A stretch of 63,422 nt of DNA, counting the filler, from Octopus bimaculoides (lineage: Eukaryota), in NCBI RefSeq assembly GCF_001194135.2. It is 3 parts of 3 records of this genome, joined end to end, with 100 filler letters (N's around TTAATTAATTAA, not from the genome) between each part and the next. Parts side by side here need not be neighbours in the genome. Positions count along the whole stretch, not along the records: positions 21,498 to 41,430 come from NC_068993.1; positions 41,531 to 63,422 come from NC_068997.1; 1 more part is not named here. One strand, 5' to 3'. The translations under genes and the position numbers were made by a program. Shown piece by piece: positions 38,520 through 52,422 of this stretch; position 1 is the first letter of the stretch; each line of letters opens with the position of its first letter. The notes below the pieces were generated by a model, which saw only the letters and a program-made list of their open reading frames with translations, was not told the DNA's origin and did not search any database.

Positions 38520-41416
38520 CATGAATTTCAGATTTTCGCAGGAATGGGGGTGGAGTGGCAGTGTTGTTCAAAAAAGACTGGATCTCGATATACAGTCAGT
38601 CTTCCTAGACCCGGAAGGTAAGTTGGTGGTCCTGGACATGAACAATAACGAAGGCAGTGCTTTTAGAATGGTCGCAGTGTACCCACCGACTGGAGTGGGC
38701 CAGCCGGAATTCTTCACAAGTTTTGAGGCCTTTCTAGGGATGTCACGCTCTTTAGTGTTAGTGGGGATTAGAACGCCATTTTGGATTCACGTGTGGATTG
38801 GGTGGATAGGGAAGGGGAGTGCTCAATCTTCGCAAACCTGCTCAGTCGTTTCCAGCTGGCCGGCAGGTTCAGACTGGATTTCTCGAAAACTCCAGTATGG
38901 ACATAGGCAAACAATGTAGGATCCTTTAGATCTTATCTTCACAGGGTATTTTGTAGGCCAGCAGATAGGAATAGCTTAGGGTGTCCACAATTTGAATTCT
39001 TCAACTACACAGGCCACAAATTTGTTATCTGTACGGTTGATCTAGATAGGCTCCATAGGCAGAGACCCGGAAACTGGAAGCTGAACGCGTCCTTCCCGGC
39101 GCGTCAAGCTTTCAGAGATCGGCTTCGCAAGTTAGTCCATCAGGGGCTAAAACGGGCGATTAGAGTAGAAGCTGTAGAATTTAGCAGAGAACTAGCGATA
39201 GAGAAGACTAGAGTAGAGGGAGAAATAGTTAGGAAATTAGAAGAGGTACTCATTAGAGGAATAGCGACCAAGGTGCTGGCAGCGAGATTGGTTCTGAACC
39301 AATTCTTCAACACCAAGCATGAAAGTTGCATTGTAAGAGCTAAGGCGCGTGTTCTATAGTAGGAAGGAACAAAAATCATTCGATGGGCCTGGGTGGCTGA
39401 GGCGCAATGTAGTCATACAACTACAATTCAGTCTTTGAGTGGTCGGCACGGCTGCATGCTACACGAGTCGAAGCAGATTTGTGTGGAGTTTCAGCGGCAT
39501 TTTGCTGAACTCTTCGGGGCGCGTGGTGGCCCGCAGCCAGAGGTGAACTTTACTTCTTACCTTGATGGTATCCTGTGGCTTTCGGCCAGGGACGTGGAGT
39601 TCTGCGAAATGCCGATAACAGCTGAAGATAAACGTGACGCGTTGGCTAATTGCACGAGGGAGAGATCTCCAGAGCTGGATGGTCTGCCATTCGAGCTTTA
39701 TATACTTATGCCTGACTTGTTTGGTGAACTTTTGGGAGGCGTCTACCGCAACTGGCAGCAGAATGGGAGAATACGCGGATCTGTGAGCCGAGGCGTAGTG
39801 AGGCTACTGAGAAATGATCAGAACAAGGGGGACATCGTTGTTAGCTTTAGGCCAGTAACTCTGCTAAATACAGATAACAAAATTTTGACCAAGGTGTTAG
39901 CAAAGAGGTTAGCACTTATTGGCATAGGAGTGGCTGTGTGGTAAGTAGCTTGCTTACGAACCACATGGTTACGGGTTCAGTCGCACTGCGTGGCACCTTG
40001 GGCAAGTGTCTTCTACTATAGCCTCGGGCTGACCAAAGACTTTTGAGTGGATTTGGTAGACGGAAACTGAAAGAAGCCCGTCGTATATATGTATATATAT
40101 ATGTGTGTGTGTGTGTATGTTTGTGTGTGTGTATGTTTGTGTGTGTGTATGTTTGTGTGCGTGTATGTTTGTGTGTGTGTATGTTTGTGTGTCTGTTTGT
40201 CTCTCCAAAGTCGCTTGATAACCGATGCTGGTGTGTTTACGCCCCCATAACTTAGCGGTCGGCAAAAAGACCGATAAAATAAGTACTAGGCTTACGAAAA
40301 GAATAAGTCCTGGGGTCGATTTGCTCGACCAAAAGGCGGGGCTCAAGCATGACCACAGTCAAATGAGTGAAACAAGTAAAAGAGTAAAGAGAGTAAAGAG
40401 TAAGTGTATGACTAGTGGCCGATGCGCAGACTTGTGCTATCCTCAGCAGAATTATATGCGACAAACTCCACCTCACGCGATACACCATAGAGAGGGTTGG
40501 TAAAGAACATGGCATGGGTGGGACTCTGATCCATTTGGACGAATCGAAAGTTTTCGATAGTGTCGACCATCTGCACTTGGAGGCTGTCCTCAAAGCGGTT
40601 GGTTCCCGGCCCATTTTCAGAGGCTGTATCGCTACAATGTACAGCGACATCTGATCGGTGGTCAAAGTAAATGGCTATCTATCGGAATCGTTTGGTATCG
40701 CAGGTTCGGTCCGTCAAGAATTCCCACTCTCACCCCTTTTCTACGTACTGGCACTCAAACCATTACTTCGGGAGCTGGAGGTTTTGAGGGGCATCGCGCG
40801 TGAACTAGCATGCAGAAGGTTCGTGTCGGCGTATGCGGACGACGTCACCGTGATAGTGTCAGACATCTCGGAAATCGAGATGGTCGGCACTATCCTAAAG
40901 GAATACTAAGCGGTGACAGGAGCAATGATGAAACAGGAGAAGTCAGTGGGCCTGCAGTTCGGAACCTGGAGAGGCAGGCCCATACCAACCTACGGCGTTG
41001 TGGCGCGTTGGACAGAAGGACACGTTAAGTTGCTCGGGGTCTGGTTCGGTCTGGATCGCCAAGGGGATAAGAATTGAGGCGAGATGACAGACAGCATGGT
41101 CAGTCTCACCTAGAAACGGGCCAAGAGGAAGTTGTCCTTGAAACATCGGGTGGAGGTGGCAAATGCGTACATCGCATCCGTCATATGCTACCGCCTGACT
41201 GTTGTCCCTTGCCCCGCTTCGTAAATGAACGGGGTGGTGTGTTAGCACTTCCGCCTCCTGAGGAGGGAATAGGTACCGCTTGTCAGACGTCGCATTTGCT
41301 GTTAGCACCCGTTGCGTAGAGAACTGGGCAAGCTGTAGCAGATGATGCGCAGACATGTGCTGAGGTTGCGACATCTCCAGCTATAATTAACGGTGAGCAG
41401 GTGTAGTCGCCGTTTG
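38520..41416 (+). mobile_element. Decayed L1/Tx1-like LINE ORF2 (APE endonuclease plus RT), interrupted by a SINE
   Basis: EN motifs (VAVYPP, LVLVG, GNWKLNAS); RT motifs (SPELDGLP, FRPVTLLNTDNKIL, LDESKVFDSVDH, VRQEFPLSP, AYADDVTV); many stops and frameshifts. Confidence 0.88.
39921..40403 (+). mobile_element. Family-A SINE inserted in the Tx1-like RT
   Basis: Full head, internal microsatellite and tail; RT reading resumes after it (LAKRLAL... / LVADAQTCA). Confidence 0.9.
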
Positions 41417-41530
41417 AGATCGGAAGAGCGNNNNNNNNNNNNNNNNNNNNNNNNNNNNNNNNNNNNNNNNNNNNTTAATTAATTAANNNNNNNNNNNNNN
41501 NNNNNNNNNNNNNNNNNNNNNNNNNNNNNN
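41417..41530. other. Illumina adapter remnant AGATCGGAAGAGCG (41417-41430) followed by synthetic N44-TTAATTAATTAA-N44 spacer
   Basis: Exact standard adapter prefix at a contig end; spacer identical in structure to 21398-21497. Confidence 0.9.
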
Positions 41531-41588
<58 letters not shown>

Positions 41589-41832
41589 GGGGGGCAGAGA
41601 GAGAGAAAAAGATGGACAGAGAGTTAGACAGATATATATGTAAAAGTAAATATACATACACAAATAACTATATCTATCTCTATGTATCGATCTATCCATT
41701 TATCTATCTATCTAACTATCTATCTATCTATCTATCTATATCTATGTATATATGTATCTATATATAAATCGGGCAGAGAGAGAGAGAAAGAGAGAGAGAG
41801 GATGGCGAGATATGATAGATACTATGTATATG

Positions 41833-41868
<36 letters not shown>

Positions 41869-42864
41869 TATGTATGTATGTATGTATGTATGTATGTATG
41901 TATGTATGAATGAATGTATGTATGTATGAATGTATGTATGCACAAAACTATATATAAATGGCGGTTAAAATACATTGTTTATTTTGTAAGACCATGAATG
42001 AGTAATGAGATTTCTCTCTTTTTTTTCGAATTTCTTTTTATTGTCTTCAAGATTATCTGAGAAGATAATCGGACGTTTTTCTGACCATTCCAATTCTGAT
42101 GTATTATTTTTCAACAATACACAGAATATTGCCATGACAACGAAATAAGAAAAACTAAATAAACACTATTATTTTCTTTTTGTTTTTGTCATCTTGTTTT
42201 ACACTGTTTTACTTTTATTTATATATTTTTTTTTTTCGTTATATATTCGTGTATGCGTTTTTTCATGATTCGATACAAAATGTCTTTTTTAAAGAATTAC
42301 AGGATTTTGCCACATTTTTATATCTCGTTGCTATTATATTAAACTGTCGTATGTCCAAATATCCAAATGTATATGCAAGTATATTTTTCAGTTGAGATAT
42401 ACTTAAGTCTTTTTCACTGAATTCAGGTTTATCCCGAGGAAAGTGACAAGGTTTTCCAAATGCCATGACAGCTTCAGAGACTTAGGACTAAGTGTGTGAG
42501 TGAACTTGTTCATATGCGTGTGTATGCGTGTTTACGTGTGCATGCGTGTTTACGTGTGTATGCGTGTTTACGTGTGTAAACTTTATTTGTGTATTGTCTA
42601 GCTTGTAGCGCGGGTATATGTTTCTTTAATGCTTGAATGTATTTTTGAGATTGCGTATTTATTTTCATGTGTGTGTTGAAGCGGAGAAAAGTTAAGAAGT
42701 TGCCGATAAAACAGCTGTTATTTCGTCCCCTATAATAGCGGAAGTGATTACAAAATAATTGATTTATCACAGCATCCTGCAACTTCCTCTTTATCTCACC
42801 CCACTTCTGTCTCATTCTTACCACAACACAATCTCACCCTCCCTTCCACTCTCTATATATATCA

Positions 42865-42935
<71 letters not shown>

Positions 42936-43234
42936 ACACACACACACACACACACATACACACACACACATTCAGCCCTTCTCGCTTTCTCTTTTTCTGC
43001 AACCAATTACCTAATTGTATCTGTGAACAAGATGCACTTTATTACAGCGGATCATTATAACCCACCTCTCGGCTTTTTTAATAGTCGTAAAGACCACGGC
43101 AAAATTGACAGCGTAAAAATAAAGAAGAGAAAAATGGCTGCCAAGTGAAGATATTTACAGCCAATATGCTCACAATTCATTCTCTCTTTCCTATCTTATC
43201 TAAATTAAGTATTGCTTCACCATCCTCTCACACT

Positions 43235-43282
43235 GTCTCCGATGAAGTGATATAATAAATATCCTGGAAACAGTTGTAAGAC
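43235..43282 (+). ncRNA. Degenerate minimal type I hammerhead ribozyme, Penelope-like pLTR type
   Basis: Stem I GTCT/AGAC; core CCGATGA (U4>C) ... GAAA; stem II AG(T)GATAT/ATATCCT; near-palindromic stem III ACAGTTGT; GTA cleavage triplet. Confidence 0.55.
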
Positions 43283-43521
43283 CTTCTATTTATATATACA
43301 GATATATATACGATATGACGTTTAATTATATGTATCAAAACATAGAATACGCTACAAATCGTTGCACTGCCTTAAGGTATATAATGCTCTACAAACTGTA
43401 GATTAATCTTTACTGTTATATTTGTGCATATGTATATATGTATATATGGATATATGTACACGTATACATATTCATATATGTATATATTTACACACACACA
43501 CACACATATATATATAAATAA

Positions 43522-43595
<74 letters not shown>

Positions 43596-43898
43596 GCACA
43601 CATACATACATATGTATGTATGTGTACTGATGTAAATGACACGTGTAATATATCAGCCAAGATCGATATATCGATATATCTATACATGATTCTACCTATT
43701 AGTATTTTCATCTTTTTTTTATATATACACATTAAAAGAAAGCTTACGTACATCCACACACATCTATATGCATATATGTAGATACAAATATACGTACATG
43801 AGTACATCCATACCTATATGTATAATAAGCACGCATACACACACAGACACACACACACATATATATACATGACAAAAAATGGAAAAGTAATAATAATA

Positions 43899-43934
<36 letters not shown>

Positions 43935-44392
43935 ATAATCATAATGTTATCTTTTAATGGAACTGGCACAAGCCATGACCCCAGAACCGACAGATTCGCG
44001 GTTGAATGGAAACGAAACGCTGTAAAGTCTATTTACATATTGACTAGAAAGAAAGTAGGATGGTATCAAATAGACTAGATCAATAAATACCAATTATTGG
44101 TTATTACGCTACATATATATATATATATATATATATAGGTACGTATACATACATATATACATGCATATATATATATTTATTTGTGTGCGTATGTATACGT
44201 ATCTATATATGAGTGTATGTATATGTAACTATATATATGTATATACTTAAGTGTGTGTGTGTGTACACATATGCATGCATATAACGATATCTGTAGAACA
44301 TGATAGCAAAGTAGTGATACTGAATAATATATTTGATATTAAGTTTCTGGAAGTGTTTGGTATGTTCTCACCCGTCTATCTATCTATCTATC

Positions 44393-44434
<42 letters not shown>

Positions 44435-45379
44435 CATTTCGAACTATTTTCTGTTGTGTGCATATATATATATAAGCACAATATACAGACACTTATGACA
44501 TACTACGTCATGTTAACAATTAAGATTTCAAACATAAAGGACATTTGCTGAACCGCTATTTTACAGTAACGTAAACAAACTAACGCCGGTTGTCAGATGA
44601 TGGTTGGAGACAAACAAGATACTCCCATAGATGTATACACATATACGATGAGCTTTATTGAGTTTCCGTCTATTATATCCGCTCGTAAGACTTTGGTTAT
44701 CCCGGGGCTATAGATACAGACATTAACTCCAGGTGCCGCACATCGGGCCAGAACCAAAAGCCATGTGATTGGGAAGCAATCTTCTTACCCACACAGCATG
44801 AAATAAAGTAAATTTAATTGCATAAACGGTAAGCTGTAATCCATGAGATTTGCCCGATTTTCTTGTTAGTCAAAGACTCGTAAAATCTCACTTGTTGACA
44901 GAAAAAGAAAAGGAGGAAAATGGGCAAAAAAGATGTTTTTGTTGATTCAGACAATGACCTGTTTCTATTGATGCAATTTTGTTTTTCTTCTTTGATCTTT
45001 CAGCTACTTCAGTTTGATGTTTTTAATTGCATGTTTTGTTCCCTGTCCTTGTAGCAGTTTTTTTTTTGTTATTTGTTTTGGTATCTGGTTTTCTTTTTTA
45101 TTCCCTTTTTTCTTCAAAGTTTTCCTTTTGATTTTTTTATCTTAGGTCATTAAACTCATTCACTTCATCACAGTAACAAAAAAAAAAAAGAAAAAAAAGA
45201 AACAAGAAACAAAATTTTAATCCACCCCCTACCTATAATTCTTCTTTTATTATCAGTTTTCTCGTCTCTTTTCTGAAATAAATAAAACAGAATTCTACAA
45301 CTCCTTTCCGTTAACTTCTAGAAAAGTCTTTCTCCTCAGCACACATACACACACACACTTCGACAAAAAATCCCGCTAT

Positions 45380-46284
45380 ACTATGACCGGCAAAATCGTT
45401 AGCACACCGGGAAAAGTGCTTAGCGGCATTTCGTCCGTCTTTACGTTCTGAGATCAAATCCAACTTTGGTCGACTTTGCTTTCATCCTTTCGAGGTCTAT
45501 GGCACACCAGTTGAGCACTAGGGTATACGTAATCGCATTACCACCTCCCTCGAAATCGCTGACCTTGAACCAAGATTTGAAACAAACATTTATTTTTCAG
45601 GCGGCGAGCTGGCAGAATCATTAGCACTCCGGCATTTCGTTTGTCTTTCTGTTCGCAGTTCAAATTCCGCCGAGGTCAACTTTGCCTTTTAACATTTGGG
45701 GTTAATAAAATAAGTACCAGTCGAGGTTGATGTAATCAACGAGCCTCTCCTTTCATATTTCAGGCCCTATGACAAAAACTTGAAACCATTATTATTTATA
45801 TTAAGGCGGGGAGCCGGAAGAATCGTTACGGCGCCGAACAAGATGCTTAGCAGCATTTCTACTTTGATGTTTAAGTTCTCAGTTTGAATCCCGCAGAATT
45901 CGTCTTTGCCTTTCATAATTTCGGAACCACTTGAATAAGTATCACTTGAATAAGTATCACTTGAATAAGTATCACTTGAATAAGTATCACTTGAATAAGT
46001 ATCACTTGAGTTGATGTAAACAGCTCGACCCTCTCCTCAAGACTGCTGTCCTTGTGCCGAAATGGGAAGGAATTATTTATTATTATTTATTTCTGGTTCT
46101 TTATGTTCGGTGTTCAAATTTCGTGAAGGTCGACTTGCTTTCACCATTTGAGGGTCAATAAAATGAGTACCAGATGATAATGGGGTCGATGTAATCGTCT
46201 TACTCTATCCCCTAGATGTATCGGCCTCGTTCCAAAACTTGAGGCAATTATTTATTATTTATTCATTCATTATTCTTGTTGTTG

Positions 46285-46333
<49 letters not shown>

Positions 46334-46530
46334 CCCCCCTCTCTCTCTCTCTCTTTCTGCTTTACATCATTTTTGATACTGCAAAGACGGCAAAGTGGAT
46401 GAGTCTTCAGATGCTCTACGATATTTGTTGTGACTCTCTAATCCTGAGTTCAAACACCCGATGTTGGTTGAGGTCAAATTTGTCTTTCATTCTTTCAAAA
46501 TTAGTAAATAAAATATCATTTCAGGAGTAG
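45380..46530 (+). mobile_element. Cluster of about five family-B SINE copies/fragments
   Basis: Repeated GGCAGAATC(A/G)TTAGCAC heads and GGTCGACTTTGC bodies, all on +. Confidence 0.8.
45928..46009. repeat. Perfect 15-bp tandem repeat CACTTGAATAAGTAT x5 plus CACTTGA
   Basis: Read directly; lies inside a family-B SINE. Confidence 0.95.
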
Positions 46531-47476
46531 TAGATTGACCGAATTCTCAGACAACCGGACAATTCGCAACCTGGTCAGATGATATCAGCAGTTGAGAAAC
46601 ATTACCGGATTTGATGGTATAAAAAGCGCACGGGCGTATTAGACGCATCCCAACTTAAGCAGCGCATACTTAAGAAAACATGAACGTTAGAAAGCGTATA
46701 GGAAACAGTTTCGCATACAGTACCCGGAGTGCTTTTCTGAGACTTCATTTAAAAAAAATTTTTGTTGTTGTTTCGAAGAAAGTGCATCCTTTATGCTATG
46801 AAATATGCTATTTTGTCGAGTTCGATAGAGGGGTTCAGCTGCGATGCGATATGATGACTTAATAAAAGAATTCCACAAACTGGTAGTATGGCTTATTCTA
46901 ACCAACAGTTTTCTTCGGTTTGGTATGCTCTTTGAAAGTTAAAAGATAAAACCGAGCCAGCAAGATCTCCTCCAAACTAAGGAGAACACTCGTCTTTGGA
47001 CATCCTCTGTGGGGGAGAAATTTATAAATATATAAGATAAATTGTAAAAATATCAAGGAGAAAAATCACTAAAAAGACGAAGAACAAACCGACCAATCAA
47101 ATAATCAGCATAATGCTGGAAGAAATCTAGACGACATATTAGAAAAACAACAGAAGTACACACAAAAACAACGGAATAAACACTCACCCTTCTCAAAAAA
47201 CACAACCCTAAAGACGCTGAATCTAAGCAATGGTGTCTTTAGTAGGTAAGATATACACCGGCCGATATATACCATGTGTGTTATACACGCCTGTTTAGGA
47301 GTATAGAACTTCAAATGCATTGTGGGTATGATTGATGAATAAGTTCGTATTCTTTGACAGCCGGTTCCTGGTTTTCTAAAAATTGTTCTGCTTGTCAAAG
47401 GAAGAAGGCAGGTTGGTTGTGGCGGGGTTTTGTATAAAATTCCTGATCCAAACCGATAAAATGTTTGATCAGTCTT

Positions 47477-47521
<45 letters not shown>

Positions 47522-47635
47522 ATGTATTTATATGTATCTATATATATGTATATACACACACACACACACACATATATATATGTATATATATATGTGTGTG
47601 TGTGTATGTATGTGTGTATGTATGTATTTACATAC

Positions 47636-47681
<46 letters not shown>

Positions 47682-47854
47682 GCTTAAATACGCGAACGCC
47701 ATTAGGCAAACACACGCATTATACGCAGAATTACATAGTATAAACACCCAGTTCAGCGAAATGGCTACAGTATGAAATCAAGATAATATATACACCCAGA
47801 TGAACAACGATACAGACCAATAAAACCTTTACTACATACATAATACACACATAC

Positions 47855-47887
<33 letters not shown>

Positions 47888-47918
47888 CACACACAGACAC
47901 ATATATATATACACACAT

Positions 47919-47974
<56 letters not shown>

Positions 47975-48549
47975 GCACATGCATACATGTATGTATATGT
48001 GTATGCGTGTGTGCATGTGTGTGGACATATATACATACATACACAAGCGCGCATATATGAATATATTGCAGACAAGAATGAAATGTGCAACGCATATAAA
48101 CACATACAGACATAAAAATGTACACATGCAGATGCTTAGCTATGTACAGACATGCAATCGTTGAGGTGTGTATAGTATTACTAAGGAAATTGACAAATTT
48201 AGCAAGACAGATCTTGCGTCTAAGATGTGTCTTAGATATCAGGACATATACGTGCAAGGCAGGCAGATGCATGTAAACAAAACACACATACACACAAACG
48301 CAACACACGTACGTACACATAGACACACAAAGAGGGAAAGAGAAAGAGAGAGGAAGAGAGAGAAAGAGAAAGGAAGGAAGAGGGGAGAGAGAAAGAGAGA
48401 GAGAGAGATTCAGACACATATAATCGCACATGCATGTTATCACGTATGCATACACATATTGTACAGGCCCGTATACAGACGTGTATTTGTTCATATGTCC
48501 GCTCGTGTGTGCTTGTGTGTGTATAAATGTGTGTATCTGTGTGTGTGCG

Positions 48550-48581
<32 letters not shown>

Positions 48582-48744
48582 CGCATGCATGCGTGTTTTG
48601 TGTTTGTTTACATGTAAGGATACATATACATACGCACGCACACGCAAAGACACACACATAAATGTACATATGTACATATAGATAATATACATACATATTG
48701 TGACAGACAAACAGACAGACAGACAGACAGGCAGGCAGGCAGGC

Positions 48745-48779
<35 letters not shown>

Positions 48780-48889
48780 GAAAGACCTGAACATCCACTT
48801 GAGCAGAACTCAGAATTTCTCACTAAACAAAAATCACTTTGGAATGATCATGCGCAGTCAGAAACTCTGAGTAGCAATGGAATAATTCA

Positions 48890-49339
48890 CCAGCATTTTT
48901 TACAAATAGATATGATTTACCGCATATATTGCCAGGCAGATGAATTGGACGGTCTGGGCGAGATGATCGCGTTCTCATGCCCTGGCCTCCCAGGTCTCCA
49001 GAATTCACACCCTGCGATTTCTTTTTGTCGGGGTTTGTGAAAGGACTGGTCTATGTGCCCCCCGCCCTTCCAAAAGACGTGGATGAACTGAAGGCCCGAA
49101 TAAGGAAAGCTGCTGCAACCATCTACAACGCAATGCTCGAACACGTTTGGCAAGAATTGGACTATGGGCTTGATGTGGGCCGTGTGACTAACATTGCTCA
49201 CATTGCACATCTTTGAACATTCCATGAAAAAAAACTTTAAATTGCAGGCTTTCAGAATATATCAGATGCGTTTTCATGTCCTTAATAGTTTTCGAGATAT
49301 TCAATGTCAAAATGTGTCCAAGACTTCTGGAACACCCTG
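48890..49339 (+). mobile_element. Tc1/mariner transposase C-terminal fragment with right TIR
   Basis: LPGR*IGR...WPPRSPEFTPCDFFL.GFVK..VY...AHIAHL*; terminus GGAACACCCTG resembles the MITE TIR; start approximate. Confidence 0.85.
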
Positions 49340-50860
49340 TGTATATATATATATATATATAGATTTATGTATGCATGTAGATATGTATGTGTGTATGCAT
49401 GTATGTATGTATATATATGTATGTACATACATACATGTATGTATGTATGAAGTCATTTCTACAAGCTGTTACTGATATTTAGCTGTGATATACTTGTCAT
49501 TCTTCCTCTGGTTATTAGGTTGGTTTGTTAGTTGATTAATAACTGATTTTTGGTTTGCAGGGACTTTGTGGCTGTTATTGTTGCTGTTACTGTTGATTCT
49601 GTTGCTGGAGTTTTTATTGTTGTTTTTAAGCCGCATTTTTGACGTTATCAAGCAAGCACGTGAACAAATGCAGCTGTGACCGCTCCGTCTTTATGTTTTT
49701 TTTCAGATTAACCTCCCAATTCATGCTGGATACAGGTGGGTAGTGAAAGATGTTGTAGACAAAGCTTCTCTGGACACGCTGAGTGGGAGGAATAATTTGT
49801 ATACCTTGTAGACTTGCAGAAGAGTTGTAAGTTTTCTGCCCAAGAAGCAGAGGTTCAATATGCAAGGTCGGATGAGTAAGCGTGACTTTGTGTTAGAAGA
49901 TCTCAGAGAAAAGGTAGGAAGTGGGCAGGGTCATAAACGTAGCAATGTTAGTAGGGGATCAATGTGACCTGTGTACGTTGGGATCAATGGATTAGAACTG
50001 TATCTCGTAAAACTGTTTACTTTCGATATCGACTGATCGGCATGGTTCCATATTGGATGGTCTCCATCTCAACCGGATATTAAGAGATGATGGATTGATA
50101 TAAGTGATATATTCGAGTAACATCAACAAGACTCGATGAAGCTTGTCCGACATTGCTACGGAGTTCTTCTCTCGGTCAATACCTGGTGCCAGAACAAGTG
50201 CTAGGACAGCTAGCAGAAGTTATTCGGAAAGTGACGCGAAGGAGGAAATATAAGAGACCACAAAAACATCTTCGACTGTGTGGATTTGAGTGGAGTGGTA
50301 TTTAGGTTTTCGTAGTCGGTTGTTATGGAAATATGTTTTAGAAACATTTTTTCAATTATTAAATTTGGGTTATTTTATAGTCTAAAATTTATTCATGTAT
50401 GTAGAACATTGTAAACAATCCCGTCGGTGTTTCTCTTTTGTTAGGTTGGCACAATGTGTGATAGTATATTTGTTGGTTTTGGTGATATTGGATTTAAACA
50501 ACAATAATATAACAACCAGTTAATGATGTGGATTAAAAAGTATCTTTAACATATGAATATAAACAAACTACAGAATATCGGTACGCCCGGCAAACCGTGA
50601 CGTTTAAGCTGCATGCGGATTGGTCAAAACCGTATTCCAAAAATTCAGCTTATTGGAGCATTCTAAGAGGTACTACAGTTGTCAAGAACTCAACTGTCAG
50701 TTAAATACATTTTTAAATTTGATGATTACTACGAACGTATGAAAGCGTTAATTGAACTTTATGAACATTACAAAATACTTTTTTAATGTTAAAACACCAT
50801 AATAAAAAAACGTGAAAGCCCTACCATGTTTTAATTTTATTGAACTGATGTAGATGTATA

Positions 50861-51276
50861 GGCGTAGGAGTGGCTGTGTGGTAAGTAGCTAGCTTACCAA
50901 CCACATGGTCCCGGGTTCAGTCCCACTGCGCGGCATCTTGGGCAAGTGTCTTCTACTATAGCCTCGGGCCGACCAAAGCCTTGTGAGTGGATTTGGTAGA
51001 CGGAAACTGAAAGAAGCCCGTCGTATATATGTATATATATGTATGTGTGTGTGTATGTTTGTATGTGTGTGTTTGTCCCCCAACCTCGCTTGACAACCGA
51101 TGCTGGTGTGTTTATGTCCCCGTAACTTAGCGGTTCGGCAAAAGTCAACGATAGAATAAGTACTACGCGTCTAAAAATAAGTCCTGGGGTCGATTTGCTC
51201 GACTAAAAGGCGGTGCTCCAGCATGGCCACAGTCAAAAGACTGAAACAAGTAAAAGAGTAAAAGAGTAAAAGAGTA
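50861..51276 (+). mobile_element. Family-A SINE, full length
   Basis: Near-identical to 988-1375; (TAAAAGAG)n tail. Confidence 0.9.
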
Positions 51277-52382
51277 TGTATGTGTGTGTGTGTGTGTGTG
51301 TGCGTGCGTGCGTGTATAAGCTAGATTTATTGATATAAATATCTTTATATTTATAAATAAAAATTCATTATTTGAAAGTTTTCACCTTTTACTTTNNNNN
51401 NNNNNTATATATATATATATTCATATTTCTAAGTCTCTCTAAAGGAGACTACGGCAGCGGTACTGGATATTAATAGTTATCGCCAAGCCAACATGGCAGT
51501 CCCAAAATTTGGACGAATATTGCCGTTGATTAGCTCCAAGAGGCCATCGCCTCTTGCTAGCTATGTGATACACAGGTTCGTGTGTAATATCTGTAATATC
51601 TCTGATCACTCACAGGTCCATACAATCATGGATGACCTAGGGCTAAATACGTAAAACCAACAACATTAAAAGCAACAAGCAGCCATATATCACATGAATG
51701 TACGATATTATACATAATATATATATGCTATAATTATATATATATTACATATGTATCATTAATATATATAAATATATTATAAATGCATATATTGCAAATA
51801 TCAAACCAATAATTACAAAAGTGGGTTGATAGAATCGCCCCCATGCCACACCACCCATTGAAATTTTAGAAATCACAATATTTTATTACACGACATCACA
51901 TAAATATATTATATTTATGTGATACCGTATAAATACAAACAAAATAGGGTATAGTGTTTATGAAACATTACATATTTCGTATCATGCTAACAAGCGATCC
52001 ACATTGATTTTTGTTTCGTTTTACTTTGTTTTGAATTTCAAACGAAGAAGCATCCATTGCACCGGAAACTGTTAACCGCCATAGCGTGTGTGATGGAAAA
52101 TAGTTGGCGCTATTTCAATCTTCAAAACTGCGCTCATTTTCAACACAATTCGAAGCATTATCTCATTTATCAGAAAGAGATGTGACAGGGACAGACCGTG
52201 GGTTAATGAACGAGCAATGAAAAGATGTTGAAATTAACGATTGTTTTAGATTTATTAGGAAATTTATTAGCGAGGATCTTTTCGTATGCTGTTGTTGGTT
52301 GTTGCTGCGAAGTAATATGAATATGGTAATGATGGAAACTTAATACGCGAGAAAGCTATCATATGTATACGTATATACATGT

Positions 52383-52422
<40 letters not shown>

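Noticed and set aside
42263-42500. 67-aa minus ORF and plus-strand exon-like signals
   Set aside because: No homology recognised and frames are inconsistent.
46570-46680. pogo/Tigger-like subterminal motif (GCGTATTAGACGCA)
   Set aside because: Only a faint resemblance, with no matching second end or transposase.
47105-48823. Multiple long [12 protein letters not shown] ORFs (also 5047-5558, 41479-44551, 52379-53441, 57007-60698)
   Set aside because: Dinucleotide microsatellite translations and N-gap read-through.
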